Source: Bugula neritina (lineage: Eukaryota; Animalia; Bryozoa). From it: 64,000 nucleotides of DNA. The DNA lies in NCBI GenBank assembly GCA_964035545.1, contig OZ037766.1, forward strand, positions 6,934,722 to 6,998,721, given 5' to 3'. Below, in pieces: positions 25,501-40,500 of the stretch (positions are counted from its first letter, which is position 1; the number at the start of each line of letters is the position of its first letter). The notes beneath the pieces were generated by a model. It worked only from the letters and a program-made list of their open reading frames with translations, was not told where the DNA came from and did no database searches. Both the position numbers and the translations under genes were made by a program.

Positions 25501-28500
25501 TTTGTACACTCATAGGCTACTGAGCTGAAGCCAGCCTACCTGGGATTTATTTACACGGTATTTGGTAAACAAATAGTGCGTGTTATGATGCATTGTTACA
25601 ATGGTTATATGTTTGTTTTATTTTTAGAATGAGACACATTTGAATTTAGTGGACTCGGCTACTGTTTTTTCTCAAGGTGATTCCGAAAGTATAACATCTC
25701 TGTTAAGGTTGCTTCGAGCTGATGGCATCCGGACTACTGTTCAACCCTCAGGTGAGCTGCAACAGTAATTTAAGGATTTCTTTTTCTATTGTGGATCAAT
25801 CTGTATTATAATGTTAGTTCTAAAAATCTTCACTTTGCCGCATACACATATTTCAAGCATGTATTATTGTCTAGGATTCTAGGTAATAGTTTCATTATCT
25901 TTCATTGTAGGCTTAAAGTGAGAGAAATAATTTCAAGGTTCTTTGTTTGTGTGCCGTTTGATTAGTTTAAATGTATTTCACGTGCATGTTATTTTTATAA
26001 CATTGGCACAAATATTTAAATTGTAAAGGTGTAGCTAAAGTATTATAAATAATTCGAAATTGAAAGAAAGTAATATATTATGTATTTATATATAGATGTT
26101 ATAAAAAGGTAGAACTTAAGGAAGTTTTGTCAAAGATAATTTATTAAAGTTTATATTTTTTTTTCCACATGAGCTACCATCTGAAGTAGTATATTATTTT
26201 ACCATTTGAAAGATTGAAAATGCTTTAAGTTTTTCCTTCTGGCACTGATCTGTAAGAAAACATCATTAGTAAGGGGCTGTTGATGCTTTAGTACTGCCTT
26301 TAGTAGACAATAATGCTCTATTGACAACAGAATCCTAACTGTCTGCAAACATGTAATGGTTTATTACAATTCACTCAGTGATTATTTAATATCACAAGCC
26401 AAGTGTTATGATTATCTAAGCATTTAAAACTGTATTTTGAAATTAGAATAGAGTAATATTGTTTATAACATTAAAACAATTAGGAGTTGTCTTCTTTTAA
26501 CCTGTGTTCTTTGGCTCATGCTAGTCCTGGATAGTAGACAATAGTTGCTAGTTTTAACTATTAGTAGTACTTTCTTCACTTTAGCATTTAAACCTAGATA
26601 TTGTGTGTCCTTCAACTTCTCCAGTTTTAATCGAATATTTTCTGTGAATAGTTTAAAATAATGCTTTACAATTTATTATTAAAAATAATAACATTTTTGC
26701 ATCTTCAAATTTAATTATGTTTTTCAATATTGAAAAGGTCAATATGATTCACATATTTTTTAGTTTGCTGCATTTTCTAAAGAAATGATAATCATTAAGT
26801 CTGCTTTTAGCTTATAGTAAAAAATATCTTAAAAATCAGTCATTAGAAATCATATAATTTGCTATTTAATTCTCAATCATAAAGAAGTAAGCATCTTTAG
26901 TACCATTACGCAAACAACCATTTCTCACAAATTTTTTTGACCTTTTTAGTTTTTTTGAAATAATTTGCTCCTATGCGGATACCTTACTGAAATAACAATC
27001 TTCAGTGTCAAAATAAGTGTCTACTAAAAGAAATATAATAACGAAGCCTTGATAGGTGTATTATTATACAATCATGTTGGATATGTGCAGGAGTTGTACC
27101 ATCAACGTGACCTACTTTTTTTATTACAGATCTGATTAGTGGAGATTTTAATTCTTTGCTTGAAATAGTCTGGATCCTGATTCTCAACTATAGTATACAT
27201 TGTCCAGGTACCACAGTCTATGATATGTAGTATATAAAATATACAATCTATAAAATACATGATAATAATCATAAAAACTCTTAAATTGTATTTCATGCAT
27301 TTCTACATCTTCTATCAAGCTAGAATATTTAGAATAAAATTATACAGTATGTGATAAAGTTTATTTGTAAGCTATGCTCAAATCCACACACTATACTATT
27401 ATGTGGACAGATAACAAAGCCAATACATTCACAACTTAGTAATTGTCTTCTCTACTTTACTGAATTGTCTCTTACCTTAATCACTCGACACTATTAACAG
27501 TTTACTTGCTCAATTTTCAGACCATACAGTCACATTACATTTACATGAATGATAAACTAAATTGTGATACTCAGCTCACTTTATGTGTTCTCTCTTCAGG
27601 GGAAAGCTCCTCCCATCAGAGGACACCTTCTATTGGTACAAAACTCCTACTCCGCTGGTGCAGTGAGCTGTTAGGGGGCGTCTGCTTTGACTACCGACTC
27701 TCAATGACTGAAAAGTTAGTTTTCTGTCTAAACTTTACCTAAACTACAGCGATAGAAGTTCTAATATGTCTACAATACAACAACAAATCATAATAAAATT
27801 ATTTTTAATTTTTATGAGTTTGCCCTGACATTGGAGATTAAAATATTGTTATTCTGCACTTAAAATTATGTAAGCTGTACAATACGCAGGCTGTCACTGT
27901 ATGACTTCACAAAACATGTTTTTGTCAACTGGTATGTGCAGGGATTTGGTTGTGAACTGGAGTTATCTTTTCTCTGAATGTAAGAGACAACTCCCAATCT
28001 ATGTGCATGTCTGTCATGTTACACAGTAAAATAGCTCACTTGTTAAGCTTCAACATTATATTGTATAATATTTGTAGTATGGAGAAGGATGTGCTTCACA
28101 ATATTATAAACAATGTGACTACTCTGGTCAGTAAGGAGGATGAGGTGGGTGTACTAATGTCGTGCCTCAATGTTTAGTCAGTTGACTATTGAGACCCTTC
28201 TAATTAGACTAGTAGTTGTGACACTTGACTGCTAGTTGTGGCAGCATTAAGAAGTATCTCACAGCTGTTTAGATATAGTCTAGCATAGGCCTTAAAATCA
28301 TGTCTGCAGGGTATTCAGGGAACTCCTCGATCAAGATAGTTAAATCTTTCTATAATACAACACTATCAAGATAGTTAAATCTTTCTGGCGGCTGCCCTGG
28401 AGATTAATGTTGCGGAGCTTGCTCTTTTAGTGAACACAAACAGTTATGGCTGTGGTTTGAAATGAGTTATAATATTTTATCTGTTGCAGTGTTTTTTTCT

Positions 28501-31500
28501 GTGATCGAGTATAATATACCTATTACTCGTAGGTAACTGAAATGTTTCTTAACTTCATAAGACACACAATATTATGTGTTGTATACCAACAATAGCTAAA
28601 TCTGTACTGTATGACACTATATACAACATAATCATGGGTTCGTGTTATTGTACCTTAGGTTACAATATATTTTGTTCTGTTTTCACTTCCCTTAGGTTAG
28701 TGAGATCAAAATTTGTTTGTGCGTCATTATTTAAATTATTGAAATTTATTTATAGGTTACTCTTACTGTTAAGAGTTGCTGCTAATTGCATAGGTACATT
28801 GATGGGTGGTACACTTGTATCCAGCTGACCTCTGGATATATATTATGTGTTTATTGTCAATTACAAGTTTTGTTATTCTCCCATTAAAACATGATTGACA
28901 AGGATAATTGATGTTTTCATTGGACGGAGATGCCTAATTGATTACATTCACACATACATTATGCACCACTGACTGCTTTGCATTAGTAATTTGACTTTTT
29001 TTAACAAACTACCATCATATTAATTTCAATAAACATGTACTATCGATTTTCCAATCATTTATTGATTATGAATTGATTCTTTGTGTTGAAATAATGGGTT
29101 ACCTCCACTGAGACTGAAATGATTTGATTAATAACTTGAAATGCTCTAAATATAGATTCATTTGTGCCAAAACTCATTTCTTTTGAAGAAATTGTGTTTT
29201 TTGGCTAGCAATAAACGTAGACTAGGTTCATGGCCTGGTATTCCATTTCTAAACACTTTCATATTACCTTTTTATTACCCCTGGTGTACTTCTTTGCAAT
29301 GTATATAATGCAACTTGTGTATGCATGTTTTTCTACTAATTTTTCTAGTGTTGTTCAAAGTGTAACTTAACACCCTTGAGATAAATGCTTGTGTTTTTAA
29401 AAATCAAAAAAATGTTTTCTAAATTGGTTACATAATGATAACCATTGTGTGTAAACCTATTCATTGGAGTTCAACTCAACCTCGAACTTTTTGTAATTTA
29501 AGATCTAGCCGAAATGCCTTTGCCTTTGAAATTAATACTTTAACATATTGAATTCTTGATACTGAATACATATTAGCAGTTTTTCTAAGTTGTCTTAGTA
29601 GGGTCTTGCATGTTGATAGAAAATGTTATAACACTGACTTTGGTCCGACTACTGTTGCTGTAATATTTGTTTCTGTAATGGTGGCAACAAACTTTAATAT
29701 CAATCTATTGAGAAAGAGTTGAACAGTTTTCGTAAATTGTAGCAATACAAGAGTTTTGCTTTGTTATCTCCAAGAAGAAATTTTGAGTTTAAATTATCAG
29801 GCACCAGCTCGGGATTCGAAAATTATAAAAATTATTTATGGGGCTACTGGCTATAAATTTCAAGTAGTTTAAGTTTAACTTGCATTGTAATACAACCCTA
29901 ATATCAGTTCCCAATGGTTCCGATATTTATATGAGTTGTAAATATGAACACTCAAGTTATGAAGTTCTAATCAAATTCATTGTAGACCAACAGACAGACT
30001 GCTAAATAATCAATTTCTAATTAGTCTAACTATTTGCACAGTGTAAAATAAACAGTGCCATTAAAATAACTCTTCAATATCAGTTTAGTCATTTAGTTAG
30101 TAATATTTAAATTGCTGTAATAATTAAAAGATCTGCAGAAACATGTTGTTGGATTTTCTGCTTTGTGAGTAATTTGTAGATCATGAAAAATATGTGCGTT
30201 GTTGCACAATGAAACTCATGCAAGTTTATAGTCGCCATCCCTGTGAGAAAACCCCTGATAGAAGGGGTTTTTGTTAAATCGGGCCAAAGACTTATTAAGA
30301 TGGGCATGAGAGAAATTATTACTGGATGCTCTTTCTAACATCACCAATGACCTTTACTGGGGTTCGAACCCAAGACTTATTACAATGAAACATCTGTAAT
30401 AAAAAGACAGGCTTTACTTCCTCTTGACGTCATATTCGCTCAGTTTCTTACTCTGGCAACTAGATTCCTTGTTCTCAGAACAGTTTAGGTCTATTCAACA
30501 ATCATACTCCCATTATATCTGTTTACACATTTAATGTATATAATTGATTGTAGAATTTTAGTTCAGTTGTAAATGTTGTATGATCATCTAATTTTAGCCT
30601 GAGCCGTGTGACTACCATGAGGCTATTGTAGAGGCAGAGAGAAGGCTCGGGGTCAGCTCCAACCTCATCAGGTTTGCTGTTATACTAAATGATCACATGC
30701 TAAATCGAAACCCTTACTTTCATATACAAAGTATAGGTGTCCCAGTCTTACAGGAGATTTATAGACCAGCTGTTTTAATTCACGAGTTATCTTGTATCTT
30801 TCTATATTTCAAGAACTAGTCTAATGTTTCATCATAAAGAAACAAATGAAAGCATTAATTTTTATATTTCAATCTCTATTTTTATATAAATCTTTATTTT
30901 TTGTGGTTGATGGCGGCTTGCATTGTATTATTTTAATCTAATACTTTTAAAAAGCAATATTTGTTTCAAGTACCACATTTCATAAATTTCTGAATCGGCT
31001 TTGATTTTCTTTATTGCAAGTTTATTTCTATCCAAAACCTACTAACAGAATTTCGTTCTTCTATAGCTCTCCTTCATTATTTGCTAAATGACTTTTTATT
31101 CCATTTACACAAAGCGATTAACCAAAAAAAACATATATGCAAATGTGCTAATACATATTAAATTTTGATAAAAACTAAGATGATGAAAATCCTATCAGAT
31201 TTCATTGTATACCACAGGCACACATTTTATTAGACTATTACAATACAAAATGAATCGATCAGTTCCTTACAATACTCTGTGATTCCTAATAGTGAATAAC
31301 TATACCGTTACTTTTACTAGGGTATGTGACAATCAAACTGAGAATCTTGCAGTCACAGTGTATATTTCTCTGCTGAGAAGGAAACGTGAACTCATAAAGG
31401 CTGGTCACTCACCCACCCTACCCACAGTGCTTGTTGACCAACAAGAGTCACAGTCTATGAGTCGAAGCAGGTCAAGGTCTTGCCTGTCGGCACACAATGA

Positions 31501-34500
31501 AAAGACACAGCAGGTGCTTATGGTGGGTATTTCTGTCTCACCTCCTCTTCTGTGACATCCATAAATGAGATGAAATGCTAGCACTGCAATTATAACACAC
31601 TCAGCTCATATGGAATAGCTTTGTGTAGTGTTGGGAAATCTAGTATGCTTTGGAAATCAATAATCAATGATGCTCTTAATTAATTATCAATTGTTAATTA
31701 TTAATCAATAATAGTTAAAAAAGTGGCTGAAAAATTATTTTTAGATTTGTTAGATTTTATGCACAAATGTGTCAAAACTGCTTAAAAGATGCTAAAATGC
31801 ACTGTAACTTGCTCAAACACTCACGGAAGTGGCTGAAAAGGTGTTTAGTGTGTACCGTGGAATAGCTGTTGCCATCTAGATATGCCATACCAGTTTCTGC
31901 ACCACCTGGTTGTATAAACAACCAGGCTCTCCCCTACCATCTCTCATGTAACATCTGATTGCTCATGAAATTTTGTCTTGCAGTAGATTTAGCAGAGCCC
32001 TATGCTATTTCAGCTGCACTAATTTCAGCATTTTCTTTATACTGAGTGGTTAAGTTTTTAAACAAACAGATGTATTATAATAAAGTTCCTTCTTATTTTT
32101 ACAGTAAGTATTATTTTAGTGACCTAATATTACACAAAGGTGATTACATCTATGATTAGCTATCCATGGTTTATTACATTGGCTCTCAACACGAATTCTA
32201 TTGTTTTTACCTACTATAGGGTGAGGTATATGATATTGTGTATGTTGTTGTTCATCATGAACGCATTTCTGCTTCATTACTCCTGTGCCGTAATGTCGTG
32301 CTCTATGAATTGCAGGCCTCATGTTTATTGTCTCTCTCCTTTTCTTCACGATCAAAAATTCATAATAGATTTTAAGAGGTTGTTATCAATTAATTTTTTC
32401 TCTTTATTTCTGTGTGTGTAATTTCATAACATATTGTATGCAGGCGATTACATGTTTTTATATAACCCTATCAATAACTGTAAAATGACGCTTGGCATAC
32501 ATTCTATTCATGGCCTGCTATTGGCATTGACACTGTCATTTGCTATTCAACTGCCTCTTCAAGTGTGCGCATACAGTACCAGTGAATATCTTATTTTCTC
32601 TTGAAGGTAAATTGAGACTAGTATTAATAATAACATGCATTAATAACTGTGCACTAAGATTTCCTGTGTTATGCTCTTTGCTTCATAGCAGTAAACACAT
32701 TTGATATAGTATTTGGAAAAGTAACGCAAGGTAAATGTAATAACAATACTAAAGTAATGCTAATAGGTATTTTTATGCCTCATTTTTCTAAACATTATTT
32801 CTAATTATTTTATTATCAAATGTTCTTAGCTTTATATAGTTTCAAGTTTGGATTTTACATAGCGCAACTGTTCAAGTACGCGGTGTGTATAGACATCAGC
32901 TATTATATAGCGGGCTTGTTTGACTTGTACGTGTTGAGCTGTTTGACTTGGTTTGTAATCCTTTCATCTAAAACTTTCAGGATATTGAGCGGCAGCTTGG
33001 ATTGTATCAAAATGGATTCACTTCTTCTAGGATTAGCAACAGTCTCAGTAACCCTCTAAGTTCTAGCGCCTCCAAATACCAGGTTTGTTGCGATACAACT
33101 CATATTAGTAGCTAAGGCCTCCTTTAGTTTTAGTGAAAACTTTATGAAAAATTTCTTTCCTAGCGCCAGTTTTAAATAATTTAGCTAATAGTTGTAAATT
33201 TTGCTATACTAATTTACTAATGATTTTTGAACTGATAATTTTAATAAGTTTTGAAATTTTAGTTTGGTTTATTCGGTTACTGAATGCAGCGTACATTGTG
33301 TAAAAGTAACACTGCTCTTTGCATGCTCAATTAAACTTCTTTGTGAACAAGTTTTCTAAACACACACATTGTAAATCTTATTGTGCTAAATGAAGTAGTC
33401 AATTTATAAGTAGACAAGTAAAATTTAGAAAAAAATTTTTCCTCTGATATTAATTAGTGGGATGCTATCAGCTGTTACACTCCTTGTATCGCACATGGTG
33501 ATTGGTTAATATCTTAGTACACCTGCAACTGTTTGATTAGCAATTAGCAGTCTGCCATTAGCTGACAATGCACAAGTTGATACAATCTGCTGTACATTAA
33601 AATTATTCAATTAAATTTACTCGACACTAGTATGGATATTTGCTACTAAGTTTCCTAATAAAGTTATGACTAATCAATAAGTGAGTTCTAATTAAATCTT
33701 TAGGACTCTGACTAATAGACAGTTATTATACAGTTTCATAACTAGTTCCAGTTCATTGGCTGTTAATTAAAAGCTTGCACATTTGACCTTATTCCTTGTG
33801 TGATGGCAGCCGATAGGTGATGGCTGCATGACAGCTTCGGACCAGTCTAGAGTGCCAAGCACCTGCAGCACCAGCTCTGTCAACTCATTCAAGGCCGCTG
33901 CCAACGCTAAGATGCCGAGTCCCATCACCAGAGCTCACGGCAGCTTCCCCAACGAGTCATACAACGGTCTAAAAATAGATCTGCAGCAGTTACAGCAACA
34001 CGAGAGTAAAAGAAGCGTGTCAAGTTCTACTACACCTCGACAGCAAGTTGGCAGCGAGGCAGATCTTAGCAAGACTGCGGAGTTTAATGAACTGCTCCGG
34101 CAGCTGAAGAACAAGGAGAAAAATGGTGAAATAGAGAAATCGTCTGCCCAAGTTGAAGGGCAGCCAGGTGATTATTATTAAGTTTATTCACAAAACTTGG
34201 GTGAGAGGTGCTGGGTTTCAGGAGGGGCATTTATGGGTCACCAGTTTACTTGAATTCTAGTGGAGAGGGTGGGGGGTGAAGGTAGCAGATAGTGGGCTGT
34301 TTTCAATTACTACTACAACACAGACAGAGTTGGTTTGGTCATTCTTATTTATGAAATAACTAAGGAAAGTTGCATAATTGAGATTTAAAAATTGGCTTTG
34401 CTGAAATTGTCTTCTAACTTTAAAACTGATGTGTATTAAGTTCATCGCATTTACATCCAGTAGAATTGTATGCCTTTGGATTGTATCACTAACGGTTTGA

Positions 34501-37500
34501 ATCACAATTTCACTAGAAATTGGAGGCGATAAGGAAAATAGTTATGTGCTGTATTATGTTGTATAGTGTGCTGTAGTGTATGGCGCAGTGTGCTGTAGTG
34601 TATGGCGCAGTGTGCTGTAGTGTATGGCATAGTGTGCTGTAGTGTATGGTATAGTGTGCTGTAGTGTATGGTATAGTGTACTGTAGTGTATGGCGCAGTG
34701 TGCTGTAGTGTATGGCGCAGTGTGCTGTAGTGTATGGCACAGTGTACTGTAGTGTATGGCGCAGTGTACTGTAGTGTATGGCGCAGTGTACTGTAGTGTA
34801 TGGCACAGTGTACTGTAGTGTATGGCACAGTGTACTGTAGTGTATGGTGCAGTGTACTGTAGTGTATGGCGCAGTGTACTGTAGTGTATGGCGCAGTGTA
34901 CTGTAGTGTATGGCACAGTGTACTGTAGTGTATGGCATAGTGGTTGTGTTGAATGATGTTTTGTGTCGGATGTTTTGACTGTCAGATGGTTTAACAGAAG
35001 ATGCCACTCAACTTCAGCCGTATGCAGCAATTTATAGGTCTACTGGGACCAACCCTTGCCACAGAAATGATTGCCCTGCTGTGAATGAAATATGAATTAA
35101 TAGACAGAATAGTATATTATGTGTGTCTGCTCCATCGCTCCAATTGCTAAGTGGATACTTTAAACTAATAGCAATCAAAAAGACTGCTTTGCTTGCTCCC
35201 ATGTCCGAATGAATACTTAAAGTTTAATTTAAACTCAACGTTATGCTATCTGTCCATATCGAAGGCACAGCGTAAGGTTTTTGTGTTTGTTTTAGTGCCC
35301 AGGGTGATTATCTAATGTGTATATTCTTTTATTGACATGTTATTAGGTGCTGTGTTATATTAGAACTCAGTATTTGCCTACCTATTCATTCTTTCAAAAC
35401 ACTCACTAAGCTGTAATCCTCATTTAACTGTTCCTCAAACTTCAAAGTACTATTATAGGTATGCAATGTAAGTTTATTATAAAATAAAATATGCTGCATT
35501 AAATGAGGTTTTGTTTATTTATCTAGCATAAATTCCTGTTGAAAAGGATTTTTAAGAAGTTTTTTTTATTAGTAACTGCTAGCTTAAATTGAATTTATAA
35601 ATATATAAAAAACTAAAATTTAAAGTTAGATTATTTATAAATCCTACGACCTACAATATACTAGAATGAAAAGTAAGATAAATTTTGCTTCTGAAGCATT
35701 TTTTTATTGTAAATATGGATGCTTTTTCCTTGGTCTAGGGGTTAAAGCGTTTGCTTTGTAAACACGGAGTCATGGGTTCGAACCCCGACAAAGGCCATTG
35801 GTGATGTTAGGAAGAGCATCCAGTCATAATTGCTCCTGTGCCTCATTTAAACAAGTCCTTAGCCTGCTTTAACAAAAACACCTTTCCATCAGGGGTTTCT
35901 CACAGGGATAGCGACTATAAACTTGCGTGAGTTTTTCCTTCATTTTCTCTCTAGTATTACATTCTAGTCTCAGTATTTGTGATATTCACCTGTAGATGAG
36001 AAGTCCGATGAAGATGATGGCAGGCATAGCCCTAAATCTGCCCCAAACACTGACGAGGGGTTTGGGACATTCACAAAGACAACCCCAAGAGGCAAGGATT
36101 CCGCCTCAGAGGGAAGCAACGACCACACAGATTGTGAAGTTGATCACCTCTCTGGAGACCAGGAGCCTTGCTCCATCATAGAGTGGTAGGGGACATAACT
36201 CCACAACTTTATTATTGGCTTATTAGAGTCATTTTTTCTTGGTGAGCTATCTTAAAAATTTCCAACAGCAATTTTGTTGTCAGCAAACTGAATAAACAGC
36301 CAAAAGCATATATTGCCAAGTATTGAAGCTTGAAGGCAATCAGAAAATGCTATGTTAGGCTAGTAGACTTTCTTTCCGAAACATGCTTAGATCTATTCTC
36401 TAAAATATTATGCAGTATTTTACAAAACAATTTTTCACTATTTTCTGGTGTCACATCACATTTGAGTTAATTTGGAAAGTTGGAAGGTCTTATTCATATA
36501 ATTATTTGTCACAGTGTTGTTGAAATTTTATTAGTTTTTTTTAGCAAAAAATTCCTAAATGGTAATAGTTTTTAGCAAAAAGTTCTTAAATATAAGTTGA
36601 TGGTTGCCACCTTTTTCTAATACAGTGTGTGCATGTTTAGCTTCATACTACCTGTTTGATAGGTGGGACAAGGTAGAGATGCCCGCAGATATAACTATAA
36701 TAGACTCTACCGCATTCCAGGGTGTCGCTATGACACAATCTGTCAGCAACGTGGAGGAGGGCAGGGAATATGATTTGGTTGAGGATGAGCTGATGTATAT
36801 GTTAGATAACATTGGTGGGTAATTATTAGTGTATTGGTGGGTAGTTAGTAGTATATTGGTGGGTAGTTAGTAGTATATTGGTGGGTAGTTAGTAGTGTAT
36901 TAGTGGGTAGTTAGTAGTGTGTTGGTGGGTAGTTAGTAGTATATTAGTGGGTAGTTAGTAGTATATTGGTGGGTAGTTAGTACTATATTGGTGGGTAGTT
37001 AGTAGTATATTGGTGGGTAGTTAGTACTATATTGGTGGGTAGTTAGTAGTATATTGGTGGGTAGTTAGTAGTGTATTAGTGGGTAGTTAGTAGTGTATTG
37101 GTGGGTAGTTAGTAGTATATTAGTGGGTAGTTAGTAGTGTATTAGTGGGTAGTTAGTAGTATATTGATGGGTAGTTAGTAGTATATTGGTGGGTAGTTAG
37201 TAGTGTGTTGGTGGGTAGTTAGTGGTATATTGGTGAGTAGTTAGTACTGTTTTACTATCATGTTACAGGTATGAATGGTATAAAGGCTACTTCTGGTTTA
37301 GCCTCAGCCCAAGAGACTGAGCTCCGTTTGCTGCATATATTGAAAGAGCGGGACGACTTGGTGCTCTCCTACCACAGTGCATTGAAGGAGCTGAGTAAAC
37401 TGACAGCTCGCATGAAGGATGAGAACCATATGCTGAGGCAACAGCTGAACATGACTGACTTGAGTCACAATGAGATCGTACTGGCCTTGGAGGAGCAGGT

Positions 37501-40500
37501 AACTCCAGTACTCAGTGTACTGACTATTAGTAGCTACTACTCAGTGTACTGACTGTTAGTAGCTAATAGTTAGTGTACTGACTGTTAGTAGCTAGTAGTC
37601 AGTGTACTGATTATTAGTAGCTATTAACTATTCACATTTAACAGGTTTCCACAGTGAGAACTTTCTAGGAAGACGAAAAGCAACTTTATAAAAAAACTTT
37701 TTCGTGGTCAAAATGATATTAAATAAATGTTAGCAAGTATTTATTAATTGGTTAATTTCTTTCAATATTTATTTTTTGATGAGTTTTTGACTGCTGTTTT
37801 GAAATTAATGGTTAGAAAACATATCTAAATTTAAGAATTACTTCTTTCAAGTTCATTTATAATAAAAGTAGTCAATTGCTGAATTTATAATAATAATTTC
37901 CAGAGTGATACATGACCTTTAACTCTTTAATAATTTCTTGGTTTTAGTGTAGTTATTAAACTGCAACAGTTGGTGAAATATCAAATAGCATTGTAGTGAT
38001 AGTTGTGTCTTGTGATGTATTGTGTGACAACATGTATTTAATACCATGTGTTGCAAGCCGGTGTGGGTGAATATATAGTGTGTTAACTTTACCCTAGTAC
38101 TGCTACAAAGTCTAATATTTGCTGATTGATATCAAGATTATCGAACTGTTTGATAACTCAAGAATAACTTTGTTAAACCGCCTAGTTTAGTTACCTAATC
38201 GTGCTGTTATTATCTCAGTTGTGTTTCGTATGTTCCAGTGTACAATATCACTGTAACTCCGAACTACTTTATACTAACTCTGAACTACTCTATACTAACT
38301 CTGAACTACTCTATACTAACTCTGAACTACTCTATACTAACTCCGAACTACTCTATACTAACTCTGAACTACGCTATACTAACTCTGAACTACTCTATAC
38401 TAACTCTGAATTACTCTATACTAACTCTGAACTACTCTATACTAACTCTGAACTACTCTATACTAACTCTGAACTACTCTATACTAACTCTGAACTACTC
38501 TATACTAACTCTGAACTACTCTATACGAACTCTGAACTACTCTATACTAACTCTGAACTACTCTATACTAACTCTGAACTACTCTATACTAACTCTGAAC
38601 TACTCTATACTAACTCTGAACTACTCTATACTAACTCTGAACTACTCTATACGAACTCTGAACTACTCTATACTAACTCTGAACTACTCTATACTAACTC
38701 TGAACTACTCTATACTAACTCTGAACTACTCTATACTAACTCTGAACTACTCTATACTAACTCTGAACTACTGCAGGCGTCTGATGGCCGTCAACTGGCT
38801 CTCAGTCTACAAGAAGATCTCACGGACACTGAGGTGAATGTGCTGGCTAGACTGAGAGAAGATAAACTCATCTTGGAAGATAGGTTGGCTGCCCTGGAGC
38901 ACCAGTATAACTGTGACCTGGCTAAGGTGAGCATAATTTAATCTGTTCAATTCAATTTGGCCTTTACATTAATATTACCTGAGACCTTTTCTATCGTTAC
39001 TTTTATAGTGGCTTTGTGTGATGTGTTACAGTATTTATGCTTTAAGTTAGTTTTATAACCTGTTGGGTTCCGTTACCAAAACTACATGAGATCTGCCAAT
39101 GTCTCTGTGTTGTTCCTGCAGGCTTTTCTCTGCCGGCCATTTTTGTCTCTTCATTTTTCACAAAAATTAACACAGTTCTATACATTTATCTCATCTATTT
39201 ATTAATAATTTTCTAGGTCTCAATTAAATTAAAAGTTGATAAGTTAGTGTTTTATTTATTGGTTACTAATAACCAAGAGACAAGTTTGACCGTTTTTTAA
39301 TTGCATTTATCTGCTATTCACAAATCTTTACCCTTTCCGTTGCCATGCAGTGGAAGAGTGAGCTGTCCATATACAAATCCAAGGCAGGCCTGTCTCCAGA
39401 GTCAAATGGAGTGAGCAGAGAGAACCAGATGCTCAAACTGCAACTGGAGGAAATGAGAAGCATGTTTGATGTCACTGTGAATCAAACGCAGGAAGAGTGC
39501 AACAGCTATCTGCAGACTATTGAAAGGTTGAAGTCTGAAGTAGGTGTTAACTGCAGTAGCTTTCTACTGCTTATAGCTTTTTGTGATGTGTGATGAAATA
39601 GAGTTTTGCTAAGGAATATGGTGTATGATGTTGAAAGGGTGTGTTCGTTGCCTCAACATTGTACCACGAAGCCCTTTTAGCCACGTATTGTGTATGTATT
39701 TTTGTCTGAATAACTAGAGTGTTTAAAATAAATCTAAGTCCTAAGAGAATGATAGGACGTAGTGGGACACTAGTGTAAAAATTCCATCTGGTGTCAAATT
39801 TCTGTAAAGAGTGAATTAGAGCTCTTGGTTTTAGTAAATACAAAATGCTTATATATCAAAATAGAAAGAGTCAGTTTGCAGCTGGATTATTATGTAATGC
39901 TGCCAAAGTTCTGCTTGTCTGAATTGTAGTCGTAGTTGCAGTCAAGCTAAATTCTGCTTATTACTCTCTCTATGAGCTCGTGTTACATGAAAGTTTAGTG
40001 TATCTTGCTGTATTGTTTACTGTAGATAAGCAATAGTAAGTCTCCAATGAGTGACGTCCAATTAGATGCTGTCGCAAACCGTCAGGCTGAGATGGAACGA
40101 CTCTATGAATCCATGATACACTCTCTGGAAGGTGACAACTCCAAACTAGCAGCTGAGCTTGAAGAGCTGCAAAAGGAAGTTGAGGAGTTAAAGTTAGGAA
40201 AGCAGAAGGATGATAAGTGTTGTGGTACGGGTCAGATAGTGAGTGACAGTGGGGTGGGTACAGACTGCACCCCTCAAGTTAATAGGTCAATGAACACCAG
40301 TCTATGCCAGTCTGTTAAAGGCACGTCTACTGATGAAATCAGGACGGCAGTGAAGTGTGTCGCTACGGACGAGGATGCCGAGATAGTTGCATTGAAGAAA
40401 CAGATTGCTGACATGGAATCGGTCATGTCACGGGAGAAAGGCAGCCAGCAGTTACTGGAGCGACAAAATAACGAGTTGCTAGACAACCATAAGCGGTTGG

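Noticed and set aside
28330-28386. Direct duplication ATCAAGATAGTTAAATCTTTCT
   Set aside because: A local two-copy slippage deep in an intron with no functional cue.
34502-35030. Three overlapping repetitive minus-strand ORFs
   Set aside because: Translations of a 22-bp intronic minisatellite with no splice or start context.
35732-35790. tRNA-like sequence (A/B boxes), also at 14959 and 60103
   Set aside because: No intact acceptor stem; it is the head of a dispersed SINE with TSDs.
36811-38772. Regular 21-nt arrays as CRISPR
   Set aside because: No unique spacers, no cas genes, eukaryotic intron context.
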